Positions 25,589-40,599 of a stretch of DNA of 64,000 nucleotides are shown here, in pieces. The stretch is taken from NCBI RefSeq assembly GCF_009914755.1, contig NC_060931.1, one strand, 5' to 3'. The translations under genes were made by a program, and so were the position numbers. Position 1 is the stretch's first letter; every line of letters starts with the position of its first letter. Source of the stretch: the human T2T-CHM13v2.0 reference genome, Homo sapiens. The notes below the pieces were generated by a model. It worked only from the letters and a program-made list of their open reading frames with translations. It had not been told where the DNA came from and made no database searches.

Positions 25589-26174
25589 GTATGTCTGCAT
25601 CTCACTAGGCAGAAAGGCCTCTCTGCTTCTGGCGTCCACTTCTTAATGCAGTCATTTTTTGGCCTGGTTTAAAGCCTCAGCACCTATGTGGACAGCGTGG
25701 GACATCTTGTGAGTGCTACCCTACACACAGATAGCGTTCCAGCATTTGTCCGTTGCTTTCTTAGAAAACTAGGAAACCACTGAAGTAAGCAGCGGAGTTA
25801 ACCTCAAAGGTGGGGGTCACGTAGTTCTCATATTATAGCTAATATGTATTTGCCAAAATAGTTCTAAATCTCAGGACCTGTGCTATTTCCTGCATGAATT
25901 CCACAGTATAGTTATGAGCCCCTAAGAGTGAACATGTTGTCTAATATCCTCAGTAGATCCCAAATGACTTTTAGTTAGAAAGAGTGAAACTGGATAATTA
26001 AACTCTGTGACTATTAATTACCTCTCTGCCTGAACAGAGCCTGCTCTGAACAGCGTTATGCGGTAGATGAGGTTCTGGTCTCATGGCACCAGCAGTTCAC
26101 ACTCTTCCGTGCTTCTACCCCCATTTCACCTTGTCTAGGGAGCCCTCTGTCCCTTGGGGGAAGTAAACACCAGA

Positions 26175-26345
26175 AGCACTGTGGCCGGAGACAAGGATCT
26201 GGGGTCAGAAAACCATTTCAAAGTATAGCCTTGCCACCTATTAGCTGTATGACCTTGAGGGTTCCTTAACATCCATAAGCCTTAGTTTCCTTATCTGACA
26301 AATGGAAATAACCTCAAAATGCTGGCATGAATGTCAAATGAGATA
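26175..26345 (+). mobile_element. MIR SINE
   Basis: tagctgtatgaccttg...cttagtttccttatctgacaaatgg. Confidence 0.8.
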
Positions 26346-26665
26346 GTTCTGCCACCTAGTTAAGACTTGGTAAAAGAAAGCTGTTCTTATTCTTGGTTTT
26401 CCCTTGTATGGTTCTCCCTCCCAAGATGTCCCATGTCCCACACACATCCTCTCCCTCCCTGCATGTGAAACCTGCTATCAGAAAAGCATCAGAAAAACAA
26501 ATTTCATCGTAGCTGCTAAGTGCATTATGGGAAGGAGATAGCACGGTTGTGGTACATGGTGGCATTTAAATACTTTGAGTCAGTTAAGGTACATTTGATG
26601 GATCTGCAGACTCTATGTTTCTGAAGGTATCTGCGTGATTAAATGAAAGAAGGCTAAAAGCTTTC

Positions 26666-26790
26666 CCTTCATTCAGCAAACCTTCATTGAGCACCTACTG
26701 AGTGTGAAGCACTGTGGTAAGCATGCCGTATATGTACGGTAGCATTAGAAGCTGATATTGTCTCTGCACTCACGGAACTTTGAATCTTAC
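26666..26790 (-). mobile_element. L2 3' end
   Basis: ttcattcagcaaac...attgagcacctactg. Confidence 0.65.
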
Positions 26791-27614
26791 AAATTAAAAA
26801 AAGGCTAATAGTGGAATGTTAAATACTGGCAACCGTGTAGGATGGGAAAGTAAACGTTAGGCATCTTCATGTTCACAAATTACTACATTCCATTTTATAG
26901 TTTGGTAGGAATGGGGGATAAGAGAGTTTTAGGGGAACTAGGAGATTGGGAGGAATGATGGTGAATATGGATTAAAACATAAAAAAAGATAATTTAATTT
27001 CTAAGTAAAAGAGCATTCTAATAGGTTGAAAATAATCACACACAAGCAGCTCTAAGATCAAATGACCTCTTGGTTGAGATTCGAGATTGCAGACTAGCTC
27101 CCTAAAGCAGCTGAGGCTCAAATTCAGTAAAATATCCATTTATGGCTTGACTAAGCACTGGGATCATTCAATAAAAATGGATATCCTAGAAAAGAGGAAA
27201 TTGGCTATTTTCTTGATAATTTTATTGAAAAAGTTTCTCTTCTTCAGCAATCAAAAGAATGTACTTCTATTTCCCTCTATTAATAAGTTAGAAAATACAA
27301 AAAGCTAATATAATTACAAAAAGCTTACAAAATTATTTAAACCTTTACTAGGTGCTTTGCATGAGACTACCACATTTCACCTAAAATGAAATCCTAAAAA
27401 GAGATTATATAAAAACAAACTTTTCTTATAAATTAAACAAAATCTTTGAAACTTTTGAAGGGCTACTAAATCTTGTACAATATGTAGTTTAACTATTCTC
27501 CAAATCTGATAATTTTTTTAAAGGATTTAGAACACATAAGTACTAACAGCTCCTTCTCCTGTGGTGCTTATGTGGCACTGTGTGATAGGAGCACTTAAAG
27601 AGATTTTTTTCTTT

Positions 27615-27770
27615 CAGTCCCATTTAATCCTCGACATCACTCTGTGATGTGGCTTTTATGCTCATTTTACTCAGAGGAAACTGAGGCTTAGAGAGGTTAA
27701 TGTCATTTACTGGCAGGCAGAAGAACCAGCATTTGAATTTCTAGCCCTGAGCTTTTTCCACTAAACCAAG
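27615..27770 (-). mobile_element. MIR SINE
   Basis: gaggaaactgaggcttagagaggttaa. Confidence 0.85.
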
Positions 27771-28629
27771 TGGCGACACACAAATCTCTATGGGTGACAG
27801 TCCTGGCAGCTTAGATTTTGCCTTTTATCTGAAAATGGCTTATGATTTATTTTCTGATTTAGAATCTGAAAAGGATGTGGATTAAGTTATTTTATGAAAA
27901 CAATTAGCCAGCTCTTGAAGCAAATTTGAATCACATTTTTATGACAAAACTACAAAACCTCGTAATAATCTGACCCTTAGATTGCAAGAAAAAAAGGAGA
28001 AGAAGGGTGGGCAAAGGGCAACAGGGAAAGGGAAGAATAATCAGGCTTTGGTGCAGCAGAGAAGAGTAAGAGATGGATTCCCATGAGAAAGTCCCACATG
28101 AATGAGGGACACTCATGCCTGGGTCTTCAGGACCTGGTTACCTGCCTATTGTAGGCTCCCACAGGGCCCATGGACTTTTATACTAGGAATGCTATTAGGA
28201 TGGTATCAGGACTGGTTATGCTGGGAAGAGAGTGGGCATTAGAGATCAGGTACATCCTATAGCAAGAGGCTCACTGAAATATAATACTGTGTATTCAGAC
28301 TCACACACAGACGAAAACAACTAAACATTGTAAGATTTTTGGATGTGTCCTGGAAGTATATGGCATTTGCTTTCAAGTATGTGCTGACAATCATCTGTTA
28401 TTTTCCACTTCTGTCCAACGCAGAAAACAATGTGAGAGGCCAGTTTCACCTTTGATATAAGTTCTAGACCTTGGATTAGAAACGTGGGGATGTACTCTCC
28501 ATCACAAAAGACTTCTTTGCTGAGTTGAGGTGATCTTTCTGGAGGGTGGGAGGTCAATCCAGGATGTCATAGAAGTGAGGATCCAGGTATGGGACAGTGT
28601 GGCTAAATGTACTTTTCATTCATTCTTTT

Positions 28630-28875
28630 GGATGTGGTTAGGGTCATGGGCCCGAGTCCAAAGGTCTCGGTTTGAATCCCAACTTTGCCAATTCCTAGCT
28701 GTGTGACCTTGGGCAAGTTACTCAATCACCCTATGCCAAGGTTTGTTAAATTATTATTTAACAATGTGCTAAATAGGGATAATAGTAATACACAGGCATG
28801 TAGTGGGGGTTATATATGACAATTTCTATAAGCCATTCAGTACATAGTAAGCTTTTAAGAAATGTTAGCTGTTAT
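28630..28875 (+). mobile_element. MIR SINE
   Basis: ctagctgtgtgaccttgggcaagttactcaa. Confidence 0.85.
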
Positions 28876-30002
28876 AGGCTAATTAATTCTTAAATGAATA
28901 TTGATTAATCTCCTAATACAAAATGTATCTTGTCACTCAGGAGTTTAAGAAAAGAAATTATTTTTTCTCTGTAATTTAGGTCAGAAAATCTAAGGAAATA
29001 TATAGGTTGAAAGCCTTCTAAGCACAATTCCATAATGAGAGGGCTCATGTCCTGTACATGCGGCAATTCTAAAGCTGGAATTGGTGGGGGTTGCCTCTTG
29101 GAGGAGGTTTCAGGGACTGAGTCTCTAGAAAGGGATCTGGCTCCTGGTAGAAAGATTTAGGAAATTTAGCTATTAGTTCTATTCATGAGGCTGGAACCAG
29201 GCATTAAAGAATCACTTACAAAGCAGAACAGTTTCTGATATGTCTGGGAATCAGAAGTTGTGCGAGTGTGTGTGTCTATGTGGGTGTGGGTAGGTAAAGG
29301 GAGGGGGGATAGATAAGGGAGGCTTAAGAACAAAATGAGTTGAGGTGAGGCAGCTCGTTTACAAGAACCACAAAATTTTACGTGGGGTGGAGGAAATGGG
29401 GAGACTGTAACAAATCTAGGCCCACCGGGTTTTGTTTGTACATTTATCGTGCAATTCCTCCAGCCTTTTGAATTCTGATTTAAGATGTTCCCAGCCCTTC
29501 AGGTGCACCAAGGTGGCTTATGAAGAAGAGAGTTCAAGCTCTTTCTGAAAGCAGACCCACCAGGAGGAGAGAGACTCTGTATATCATTACGAATCTGGAG
29601 TGAAAGGGCAGAAAGCATATGTTTTTATATTGCAAAGAAGCATTATCTCTTTGCTTTCAATTAGAAATTGTTTCTAATAATCAAGTTTTCTAAATAGTCA
29701 CTTTGTACCTTAACATATCTAGCAGAGCACATTTTTAAAGCAGTGCCCTAATACAACCAAGGATTTATTGTACTCTAATTTTTTAACTACTTTTATAACA
29801 CAGAGAATGGTAAAAAGTTTAAAAAATGTTTCTATTATATAAATATAATTAATACACACTTCAGCAAAAATTCAGACAATTTAAAAATTAATTAATAATG
29901 AATTTAAAATTTATTGCCTATGTCTGTGGACTTTGACCACATTTGGTTACACACTAATTCTATGATTGGTTTTGCAAAGGAATTATCTGTCAAACTAATA
30001 TT

Positions 30003-30125
30003 AATACTTATTGAGCACCTACTATGTGCCAGGCACTTTGCTAGAAGCTTACCCTAAAGGAATCAGTAAGATAAACATAGTTTCTATCCTCAAGGAGTCT
30101 ATCAGAGAACAGAAATCTTATAATA
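30003..30125 (-). mobile_element. L2 3' end
   Basis: ttattgagcacctactatgtgccaggcact. Confidence 0.7.
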
Positions 30126-30157
30126 AGTGAACATGTAGTAAAAACATATATTAAGTC

Positions 30158-30445
30158 GGCTGGGCGTGGTGGCTCACGCTTGTCATCCCAGCACTTTGGG
30201 AGGTTGAGGCAGGTGGATCATGAGGTCAGAAGTTCAAGACCAGCCTGGCCAACATGGTGAAACCCCATCTCTACTAAAAATACAAAAATTAGCTGGGCGT
30301 GATGGCGGGTGCCTGTAACCCAGCTACTCGGGAGGCTGAGGCAGAGAATTGCTTGAACCCAGGAGGTAGAGTTTGCAGTAAGCTGAGATCGCGCCACTGC
30401 ACTCCAGCCTGGGTGACAAGAGCAAAACTCCATCTCTAAAAAAAA
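30158..30445 (+). mobile_element. AluS (Sq-like)
   Basis: Full two-arm Alu; gacaagagcaaaactcc. Confidence 0.95.
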
Positions 30446-30517
30446 TATATATATATATATATTTAATAATATATATAATATATATTTTTATTATATATAT
30501 ATTATATATATATATTA
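30445..30517. repeat. Interrupted (TA)n microsatellite
   Basis: AT-only tract following the Alu tail. Confidence 0.9.
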
Positions 30518-31446
30518 GGTTAAAAGAAAGGCTCGTTCCTGCTCTAAGATGGCCAACTAGGTGCAGCCAGGAGGAACATCTCCCGCAGAGGGACCAGAAC
30601 ATTGGGAAGACTGGCACACTCCTAGCAGATCTTCAGAGGGAAGGCATCGAGAGTGGACAGAGGGAAGACGCAAATGCTGGGCTGAAGCAGGAGGAAGCTG
30701 GAAATGCTGCACGGGGCTATCATGCATTGGTTGTCATTCCTGGCCCCCAGTGATTCCTGCCAAAAGGGTGAGTTGAACAGGCAAGGAGCAACCCACCCTC
30801 TCCACAGGCCTCTGGAATCCCGGCAGGAGGAGACCTCTTGATGACCACAGGGGGTGGTGGGGAGAGCTGCTTTGAAAAGTGGTAGGGCCAGAACTCCAGC
30901 CAGTGCAGAGCCCAGAGGGTTTGGTGTGGGAGTGTCTATAGTGGAGCACAGCCAGGGATGCCCATGCCCCTCAGTTCTACTGGCTCCCAAAGGAGACTTT
31001 AGCCCTTAGGATAACTGTTGGACCTGAATTCTGCAGAGTGGTCTTGCCCATGAGATGGGGCCAGTCCCACCTGAGCACCCCTTGGCCTGCTGGCCTCTCC
31101 GGGGCCCAGAAGCTTGGCTGTGTCTGCTTGAATTGGAGCCCCCAGGCACCCCCTGGGGGCCCGTGTCATAGCTGTTGCACTGGAGGACCACCCATGACCG
31201 GCAGAGTACTCCAGCAGAGCTGCACCCACTGGACACACATCAGCCCACCTGTGCCCACCCCCCACCGCACTTCCCCATGGTGCTTTGCCTGAACACGTTC
31301 ACCCACGGCCAGCCACGCCCATTGCTTTGCTGGCACATGCATGCCTGGGTGGACCTTGCCTTCTTTCTCTGCCAGTACATGTCCATGTACACCCTGCTGT
31401 GTCACTGCTGCTGGTGTGAGTGTGCCCTGTTCCCATTCAACCCACC

Positions 31447-31833
31447 TGGGATGGTTAATACTGAGTGTCAACTTGATTGGATTGAAGGATAGAAAGTATT
31501 GATCCTGGGTGTGTCTGTGAGGGTGTTGCCAAAGGAAATTAACATTTGAGTCAGTGGGCTGGGAAAGGCAGACCCACCCACAATCTGGGTGGGCACCATC
31601 TTATCAGCTACCAGCATGGCTAGAACATAAGTACGCAGAAAAATGTGAAAAGAGGGACTGGCCTAGCCTCCCAACCTACATCTTTCTCCCATGCTGGATG
31701 CTTCCTGCCCTTGAACACTGAACTGCAAGCTCTTCAGGTTTGGCACTCAGACTGGCTCTCCTTGCTTCTCAGCCTGCAGATGGCCTATTGTGGGACCTTG
31801 TGATCATGTGAGTTAATACTTAATAAACTCCTC

Positions 31834-31864
<31 letters not shown>

Positions 31865-31886
31865 TTAGAGAACCCTGACTAACATA
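31447..31886 (+). mobile_element. MLT2A1 (HERV-L) solo LTR nested in the L1 5'UTR
   Basis: TGGGATGGTTAATACTGAGTGTCAACTTGATTGGATTGAAGG...GAACCCTGACTAA; 5-bp TSD CCACC at 31442-31446 and 31887-31891. Confidence 0.92.
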
Positions 31887-33360
31887 CCACCTTCCTGCTA
31901 TTGTCACTGGAGCATTGACAGACACAGAGCCTGCCAGCCCCACCAGTGCCCCACCCCTGCACTGACACTGCTCCTGGCATGAAACTAGGCACAAAAACAG
32001 CAGACTTGCCCCCAACCTGAGTATCCATCACCACCAGCATGAATGCACAGAGGGCACACACAGTCCTATTCCCACCAGCACCCTGCCCCCCTGCTAACAC
32101 CACAACCAGCGCAAAAGTGTGCACAGTTGCCAGAAGGGATGCCCTGTCCCCCCAAGCTGTACTGCTTCCACTGTTGCTGTGAACACCTGCAAAGAGGCTG
32201 GCACCCCAGTGCCTGCCAGCACCCTGCTGCAGCTGATATATGTGTACCCCACCACACTGCCATTGCCACTGCTGCTGTTATTTACAAACGAGGACAAATC
32301 CCACTGCCACTGCCCTACAAAGTGCTTTAGCTGACACCACTCATTGCAGTGTTGTGCCCAGTGGTCTGTCAATACCTCAGGCCCTCCAGTACAGCAGGCT
32401 TCTAATCTCCAGGAGCCAGAGAACAAAGCCAGGGCTCTATATAAGTCCCCCAGAATTAGAGCACATAGTCCAGGAGTCACCTGCTGAGCCTTGCCCCCCT
32501 AAAATCTTCCAGAAATGAAGCCAGTCAACTGAACCTACAATCAAATCCTCAAGGTCATCAAATAAAAGAAAATTAAAAAAACCATCTAAAGGTCAGCAAC
32601 TTCAAAGATTGAAGAAACGTGAGCCCACAAATATGAGAAATAACCAGCACAAGAATTCTGACAACTCAAAAAGCCAGAGTGTCTTGCTTCCTTCTAATGA
32701 CCACATTAATTCTTCAGCAAGGGTTTTTAACCAGGTTGAGATGGCTGAAATGACAGAAATAGAATTTAGAATATGGTAAGGAATGAAGATAATTGAGATA
32801 AAGGAAAACATTTAAACCCATTCTAAGGAAGATAAGAATCTCAATAAAATGATACAGGAGCTGACAGACAAAATAGTCAGTATAGAAAAGAATGTAAATG
32901 ACCTGATGGAGCTGAAAAACACACTGCAAGAATTTCATAATGCAATTGCAAGTATTAACAGCAGTACAGACCAAGCTGAGGAAGGAATCTCAGAACTTGA
33001 AGAATGGCTTTCTGAAATAAAACAGACAAGATAAAATAAAAAAGAATGAAAAGGAATGAACAAAACCTCTGAGAAATGTGGGATTATGTAAAGAGACCAA
33101 ATCTATGACTCATTGGTGTTCCTGAAAGAGATGCAGAAAATGGAAGCAACTTGAAAAATATATTTTAGGATATCATTTATGAGAACTTCTCCAACCTAGC
33201 TTGAGAGGCCAACATTTAAATTCAGAAAATGCAGAGAACTGTTGCTGCAAAATACTTCACAAGAAGCATCCCCAAGACACATAATCATCAGGTTCTCCAC
33301 TGTCACATGAAAGAAAAAAATGCTAAAGACAGCTAGAGAGAAAGGGCAGGTCACTTATGA

Positions 33361-33697
<337 letters not shown>

Positions 33698-36600
33698 ATT
33701 CCAACCAAGAATTTCATATCTGGCTAAACTAAGCTTCATAAGCAAAGGAGAAATAAGATCCTTTTCAGACAAGCAAATGCTGAGGGAATTTGTTACTACC
33801 AGATCTTCCTTACAAGAGCTTCTCAAAGAAGCACTAATATGGAAAGGAAAGACTATTACCAGGCACTACCAAAACACACTTAACTACACAGACCAGTGAC
33901 ATTTTAAAGCAACCACACAAACAAGTTGGCATGATAACCACCTAACACCATGGTGACAGAATCAAATTCACACATATCAATATTAACCCTGAATGTAATC
34001 AGGCTAAATGCCCCAATTAAAAGGCACAGCATGGTAAACTGGATAAAGAAGCAAGACCCAATGGTATGTTGTCTTCAAGAGACCTATCTCATATGCAGTG
34101 ACATCCATAGGCTCAAAATCAAGGGATGAAGAAAAATCTACAAAGCAAATGGAAAACAGAAAAAAGCAGGGGTTGCAATCTTAATTTTAGAAAAAATATG
34201 GATTTAAAACCAAAAAAAAGTTTTTAAAAAAGACAAAGAAGATCATTGTATAATGGTAAAGGGTTAAATCCAACAAGAAAAGCTAACTATCCTAAATATA
34301 TCTGCACCCAACACAGGAGCACCCAGATTCATAAAGCAAATTCTTAGAGACCTTCAAAGAGACTTAGATTCCCACACAATAATAGTGGGAGACTTCAATA
34401 CCCTACTGACAGTATTAGATCATAGAAGCAGAAAATTACCAAAGATATTCAGGACCTGAACTCAACACTGGACCAAACAGACTTGATAGAAATCTACAGA
34501 ACTCTGTACTCAAAAAACAAGAGAATATACATTCTTCTCCTTGCCACGTGGCACATACTCTAAAATTGACCACACAATTGGACATAAAACAGTCCTCAGC
34601 AAATGCAAAGGAACTGAAATTATGCTAACTACCCTCTTGGACAATGGCACAATAAAACTAGAAATTAAGAATAAGAAAATTGCTCAAGACTATACAATTA
34701 CATGGAAATTTAACAACCTGCTCCTGAATGACTTTTGGATAAATAATGAAATTAAGGCAAAAATCAAGAAGTTTTTTTGAAATTAATGAGACCAAAGATA
34801 CAACATACTAGAATATCCAGGACACAGCTAAGGCAGTGTTAAGAAGAAAACTTATAGTACTAAATGCCCACATCAAAAGTTAGAAATATCTTAAATTAAT
34901 AACCTAACATTACAACTAAAAGAACTAGAGAAGCAAGAGCTAACCAACCCCAAACTAGCAGAAGACAAGAAATAACCAAAATCAGAGCTGAACTGAATGA
35001 GATTGAGACACAAAAAAAATTCAAAAGATCAATGAATCCAGAAGCTGTTTTTTTTTAAATTAATAAGATAGACTACTAGCTGGACTAATGAAGAAAAAGA
35101 GAAGATCCAAATAAACATACTTAGAAATAACAAAGGGACTATTACCACTGACTCCACAGAAATACAAATAATCATCAGAGACCACTATGAACACCTCTAT
35201 GCACATAAGCTAGAAAATCTAGAAGAAATAGATAAATTCCTGGACACATACACTCTCCCAAGGCTGAACCAGGAAGAAATTGAATCCCTGAACAGACCAA
35301 TACTGAAATTGAAACAGTAGTAAGTAGCTTACTAACAAAAAAGGCTCAGGACCAGGTGAATTCACAGTCAAATTCTACCAGATGTACGAAGAAATATTGG
35401 TACGATTCCTACTGAAACTATTCCAGAAAACTGAGGAGAAACTCCTCCCCAGCTCATTCTATGAGGCATTATTCTGATACCAAAACCTGGTAGAGACACA
35501 ACAACAACAAAAAACAAAACTTCAGGCCAATATCCTTTATGAACACTGAAGCAAAAATCCTCAACAAACTACTTGCAAACTGAATCCAGCAGCACATCAA
35601 AAAGATAATCCATCATGATCAAGTAGGCTTTATCCCTGGGATGCAAGGTTGATTCAACATATGGAAATCAGTAAACATGATTCATCACATAAACAGAAAT
35701 AAAAACACCACATGGTCATTTCAATAGATGCAGAAAAGGCTTTCAACAAAAGTAAAATCTCATGTTAAAAACTCTCAATAAACTAGGTATTAAAATAACA
35801 TACCTCAAAATAATAAGAGCCATCTATGACAAACCCTTAGCCAATATCACACTGAATGAGCAAAAGCAGGAAGCAATCACTTTGAAAACTGGCAGAAGAC
35901 AATGATGCCCTCTTTCACCACTCCTCTTCAACATAGAAGTTTTGGCCAGGGCAATCAGGCAAGAGAAAGAAATAAAGGGCATCCAAATAGGAAGAGAGGA
36001 AGTCAAACTATTTTTGTTTGCTGATGACAGGATTTTTATATCTAGAAAATCCCAGAGTCTTAGCCTAAAACCTCCTTCAGCTGATAAAACAACTTCAGCA
36101 AGGTCTCAGGATACAGAATCAAGTACAGAAATCACTAGCATTCTTATATACCAACAACAGACAAGACAAAAGCCAAATCAGGAATGTTTTCCCATTCACA
36201 ATTGCCACAAAAAGAATAAAATACCTAGGAATACAGCTAACCAGGGAGCTGAAAGATCTCTACAATGAGAATTATGAAACACTGCTCAAAGAAATCAGAG
36301 ATTACACAAACAAATGGAAAAACATTCCATGCTCATGGATAGGAAGAATCAATATCATTAAAATAACCATACTGCCCAAAGCAATTTACAGATTCAATGC
36401 TATTCCTATCAAACTCCCAATGACATTTTTCACAGAACCAGAAAAAACTATTTTAAAATTCATATGGAAAGAGCCCAAATAGTCAAGGAAATTCTAAGCA
36501 ATCCTAAGGAAAAAGCAGGAGGGATCATGCTACCCAACTTCAAACTATGCTATAGGGCTACAGTGACCAAAACCAGCATGGTACTGGTAAAAAAAAAAAA

Positions 36601-38859
36601 AAAAACAGACACATAGACCGATGGAACAGAATAGAGAGCCCAGAAATAAGGCCACAAACCTACAACCATCTGATCTTTGACAAAGCTGACAAAAACAAGC
36701 AATGGGGAAAGGATTCACTGTTCAAAAAATGGTGCTGGGATAACTGGCTAGCCATATCCAGAAGACTGAAGCTGGAAACTAGACCCCTTCCTTACACCAT
36801 ATACAAAAATCATCTCAAGATGGGCTAAAGACTTAAATGTAAAACCCAAAACTGTAAAATCCCTGGAAGACAACATAAGCAACATCATTCTGGACATAGG
36901 AATGGGCAAAGATTTCATGACGAAGATGCCAAGAGCAATCGTAACAAAAGCAAAAATTGGTAAGAAGGTTCTAAGAAAACTAAAGAGCTTCTGTAGAGTA
37001 AAAGCATCTATCAACAGAGTAAACAGACAACCTACAGAATGGGAGGAAATTTTTGCAAAGTATGATCTGACAAAAGTCTAATATCCAGCATCTGTAAGGA
37101 ACTTAAAAAACCATTAAAAAGTGGGCAGAGGACATGAACAGATACTTTTCAAAAGACAACATACATGCAGCCAACAAGCACATGAAAAAAAGCTCAATAT
37201 CACTGATCATTAGAGAAATGCAAATCAAAACCACAATGAGATACCATCTCACACCAGTCAGAATGGCTATTACTAAAAAGTCAATAACAGATGCTGGCGA
37301 GGTTGCAGAGAAAAGGGAATGCTTATACACTTTTGGTGGGAGTATTTATTTACAATAATTGTGGAAAGCAGTGTGGCAATCCCTCAAAGAGCTAAAAAAA
37401 GAACTACCGTTCAACCCACCAATCCCATTACTGGGTATATACCCAAGGGAATATAAATTGCTCTATCATAAAGACACATGCATGTATATGCTCATTGCAG
37501 CACTATTTGTGATAGCAAAGTCATGGAATCAACCTAATTGCCCATCAATGGTAGTCTGGATAATGAAAATGTGGTGTATATATATACCATGGAATAATAT
37601 GCAGCCATAAAAAAGGATTAGATCATGTCCTTTACAGGAACATGGATGGAGCTGGAGGCCAGTATCCTTAGCAAACTAATGCAGGATCAGAAAAGCATAT
37701 ACCACATGTTTGCACTTATAAGTGGGAGTTAAATAATGAGAACACGTGGATACAAAGAGAGGAACAACAGACACTGGGGCCTACTTGAGGGTGGAGGGTA
37801 GAGGGTGAGAGGAAGGAGAAGAGCAGAAAAAATAAATATTGGGTATTAGGCTTAGTGCTGGGGTGACAAAATAATCTATACAATAAACCCTCATGACACT
37901 AGTTTATCTATATAACCTGCACATGTACCCCTGAACCTAAAAGTTAAAAACATATATATATATAAAGATATATAAATATATGCAACATATATGAAGAAAT
38001 AATATAGATTCAATATAAAAGTAATTATAATATATAAAATTACACATAATATTTAATGTTCTTAAAATATATTACTTAGATAATTTCAAATAAAGATTAA
38101 TTTGCGATGTCAATCATTTTTAGACAATCAGACCAATTCTGATTATCTGAACTTTCTGGTTGTTTGGATTTTGACCAAATGTGGGTTTATCACCCTTAAT
38201 ACTCATGTTTTAGGAGCAAATTTAGTCGACTACAAAAACTATCATAGTCTAGAGATAGCCATAGGCAAGGCTGAGTGACAGAGGGGCTAAAGCAGGTTCC
38301 TTGATCTTTCTTTGGGCTTCAGATGTGACTGTAGAGAACTCTTCCTGGGGAAAGCTGATGGGACCTGGGCAAGGATCCCAGCCCTCTGCTGGCCTCATAG
38401 GCTGAGTGACTGATTTAGAGTGCTTGGGGTCAGTATGAGTTAGAGAGATTCAACTCATCTATTTTGCTGAGGCAGCTCATCTATTGGCTCTATAGTGATG
38501 TGGATATTACTGACTTTTCTCAGTTTTACATGAGGCCAATTGAAGGCCTGTCCTGAAGTTCTGCCTTCAACAGTGCTAGTGTCATAACCACCATGGAGGA
38601 GTTGAAAGAAGCATAGAGGTGAGTCTTCTCTGTATTAATTTTCTTCCCTATCCCCACTTTGAACAGCAGGTTGAATTAGTGAAATGTTGTGTGTGTGAAG
38701 CAAGTGCCCCACCTTAACTCCTGGCTTTAATTGCATTGTTACCATTAATTTATCCTACTTTATTATAGTAGATAGCTTCAAAATTGTGTTCCTAGCACAA
38801 TCACTTTATCTGGTAAATCCCTTCTTGATTGGCTTTTGTGGGAGTGGCCATTTTGTATA

Positions 38860-39355
38860 ACATGATCCTGCTCCTTGGCTATATTTAATTGGTTCATGGA
38901 TAAGCACTTGACTACATGGGCAGGTACATAATCCAAACTGGATGAGTCATAGTCTCTTTTTTTCTGGCTTTGACTGAGACTACAGGTGTTAATATTTGCA
39001 TCAGAGATTGGTGACTGACTGACTCAAGCTAGGACAGTTAGAGCCTTTCCTAGAAGAGGCAGATAGAAACCCAGAGACTTGAGCTGAAGCAATGCGATAT
39101 AAAAACCCGGTTGCTGTGAATAGCTGTGTTTCCTGCCACGTGGAAAGAATCAGTCTGGGTGAACAAGAATGAAACTGACAAGCAGAGCAAAACAGAGACT
39201 GCAGCAAGATGCAGGGGTTACTTAAAGCCCTGGTTACAGTTGTCCTTAAGGCTGATGTGAATCTCTGCCCTTTCCAATGTGTCATGTGATTGCTCCAAAT
39301 TAAAACACCTATTATTATTATTTTGCTTATGTTGGTTTAAGTTAGGTTTCTGCAC
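38860..39355 (+). mobile_element. ERVL LTR (LTR16/LTR33-like)
   Basis: ccacgtggaaagaatcagtctg...gaatgaaactgac...gttggtttaagttaggtttctg. Confidence 0.55.
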
Positions 39356-40217
39356 AAATCTTTACCACTTTTTCTTTTTTGTTTTAGTTTGATTTATGTT
39401 GCTATATAAATGCATTTATTGTATGACCCCTGAAATCTTTACGGAGCAAAGCAAGTTATAAGTCTACCAATCCAGGGGAGAAATGCATGTATTTATACCT
39501 TATACTGTGTGAGGACTAAAGAAAAGGTGGTAAGGGTAAAATCAGCAAGAAAAGTGAAAGTTGTGCTCAATTAACAAATTTTGGTGAGTGAGGAATTTTC
39601 TAAAGGCCATTTTTAAAGTTAGAGACCTAAAGTTTGGAAAACTGACATCGTTCTCAAGTAGGACATTCTTGGAATACTTTCACTTAGATTTAACCCATTT
39701 TGAAAGGTATCTACATATGCTATCCAGAAACAGTCTCTTTCATATTGTAGACAGTCAGTAAATGTTTATTGAATGAACCCATAAGTGTCCCTAGCTTTGA
39801 GGATCAGGATATTTCATTTAATTGACCTTAGGTAAGCTATTTAACTTTCATAGCAGTTTCTCTTGTGTTAAATGGTTATTGAAATACAGAAGATTACATT
39901 CAACATGAAATTTCAAAATTATTTCTGAGCACCTACTGTTAATATCACTATTTCCATCTTTAGCTAGTGTTCCTTCTTTAAGAGTCTGAAGTGAAGCATT
40001 GGTTCAGTACCTTCCTCATTAGTCAGTTGCCTCACCTTGAATCTGCATGACCTGGAAAAGAGGCTATGATGTGATCCATAGAATACCTCCTACCTTAACC
40101 TTCAGAACATCATCAGGACCTCTTGCATCTCGTTTTATTTTTGAGTTTTTATTTGTAACTATTTTTAAAGATATTTGATGTCTTTTATTATTCCAAAGAA
40201 CTGAGGAAAAATTTACT

Positions 40218-40415
40218 TATTTTTCTTTTTTGAAACAGAGTCTCAATCTGTCGCCCAGGCTGGAGTGCAGTGGGCTGTCTTGGTTCACTGCAACCTCTGC
40301 CTCTAGGGCTCAAGTGAATCTCCCACTTCAGCCCCTCAAGTAGCTGGGACTACAAGTGTGTGCCACCATGCCCGGCTAATTTTTAAGAAATATTTTGCAG
40401 AGACAGGGTTTTGCC
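40218..40415 (-). mobile_element. Truncated AluJ
   Basis: Right arm plus end of left arm; stops abruptly at gggttttgcc. Confidence 0.9.
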
Positions 40416-40599
40416 TGTATAAAGCTTTATACAGGGTCCAATGGAGCTGCATGGTAATTACAAGATAGGATGGTAGAAATCTTCATGAGCCTATTTTTTC
40501 CATTTTGCTATTTCAACTTGCTAGGAATGATTTTAGCATTGCTATTTAATTGTTTTCAACTCTGCTTTTCTAAAAAGATTAAAATAATAAGAAAATGGA

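Noticed and set aside
17942-29301. 14-mer GGGTAGGTAAAGGG shared in inverted orientation
   Set aside because: Several 14-mer matches are expected by chance in 64 kb
30561-32518. Overlapping ORFs and GC-rich promoter-like stretch
   Set aside because: L1 5'UTR and MLT2A1 sequence
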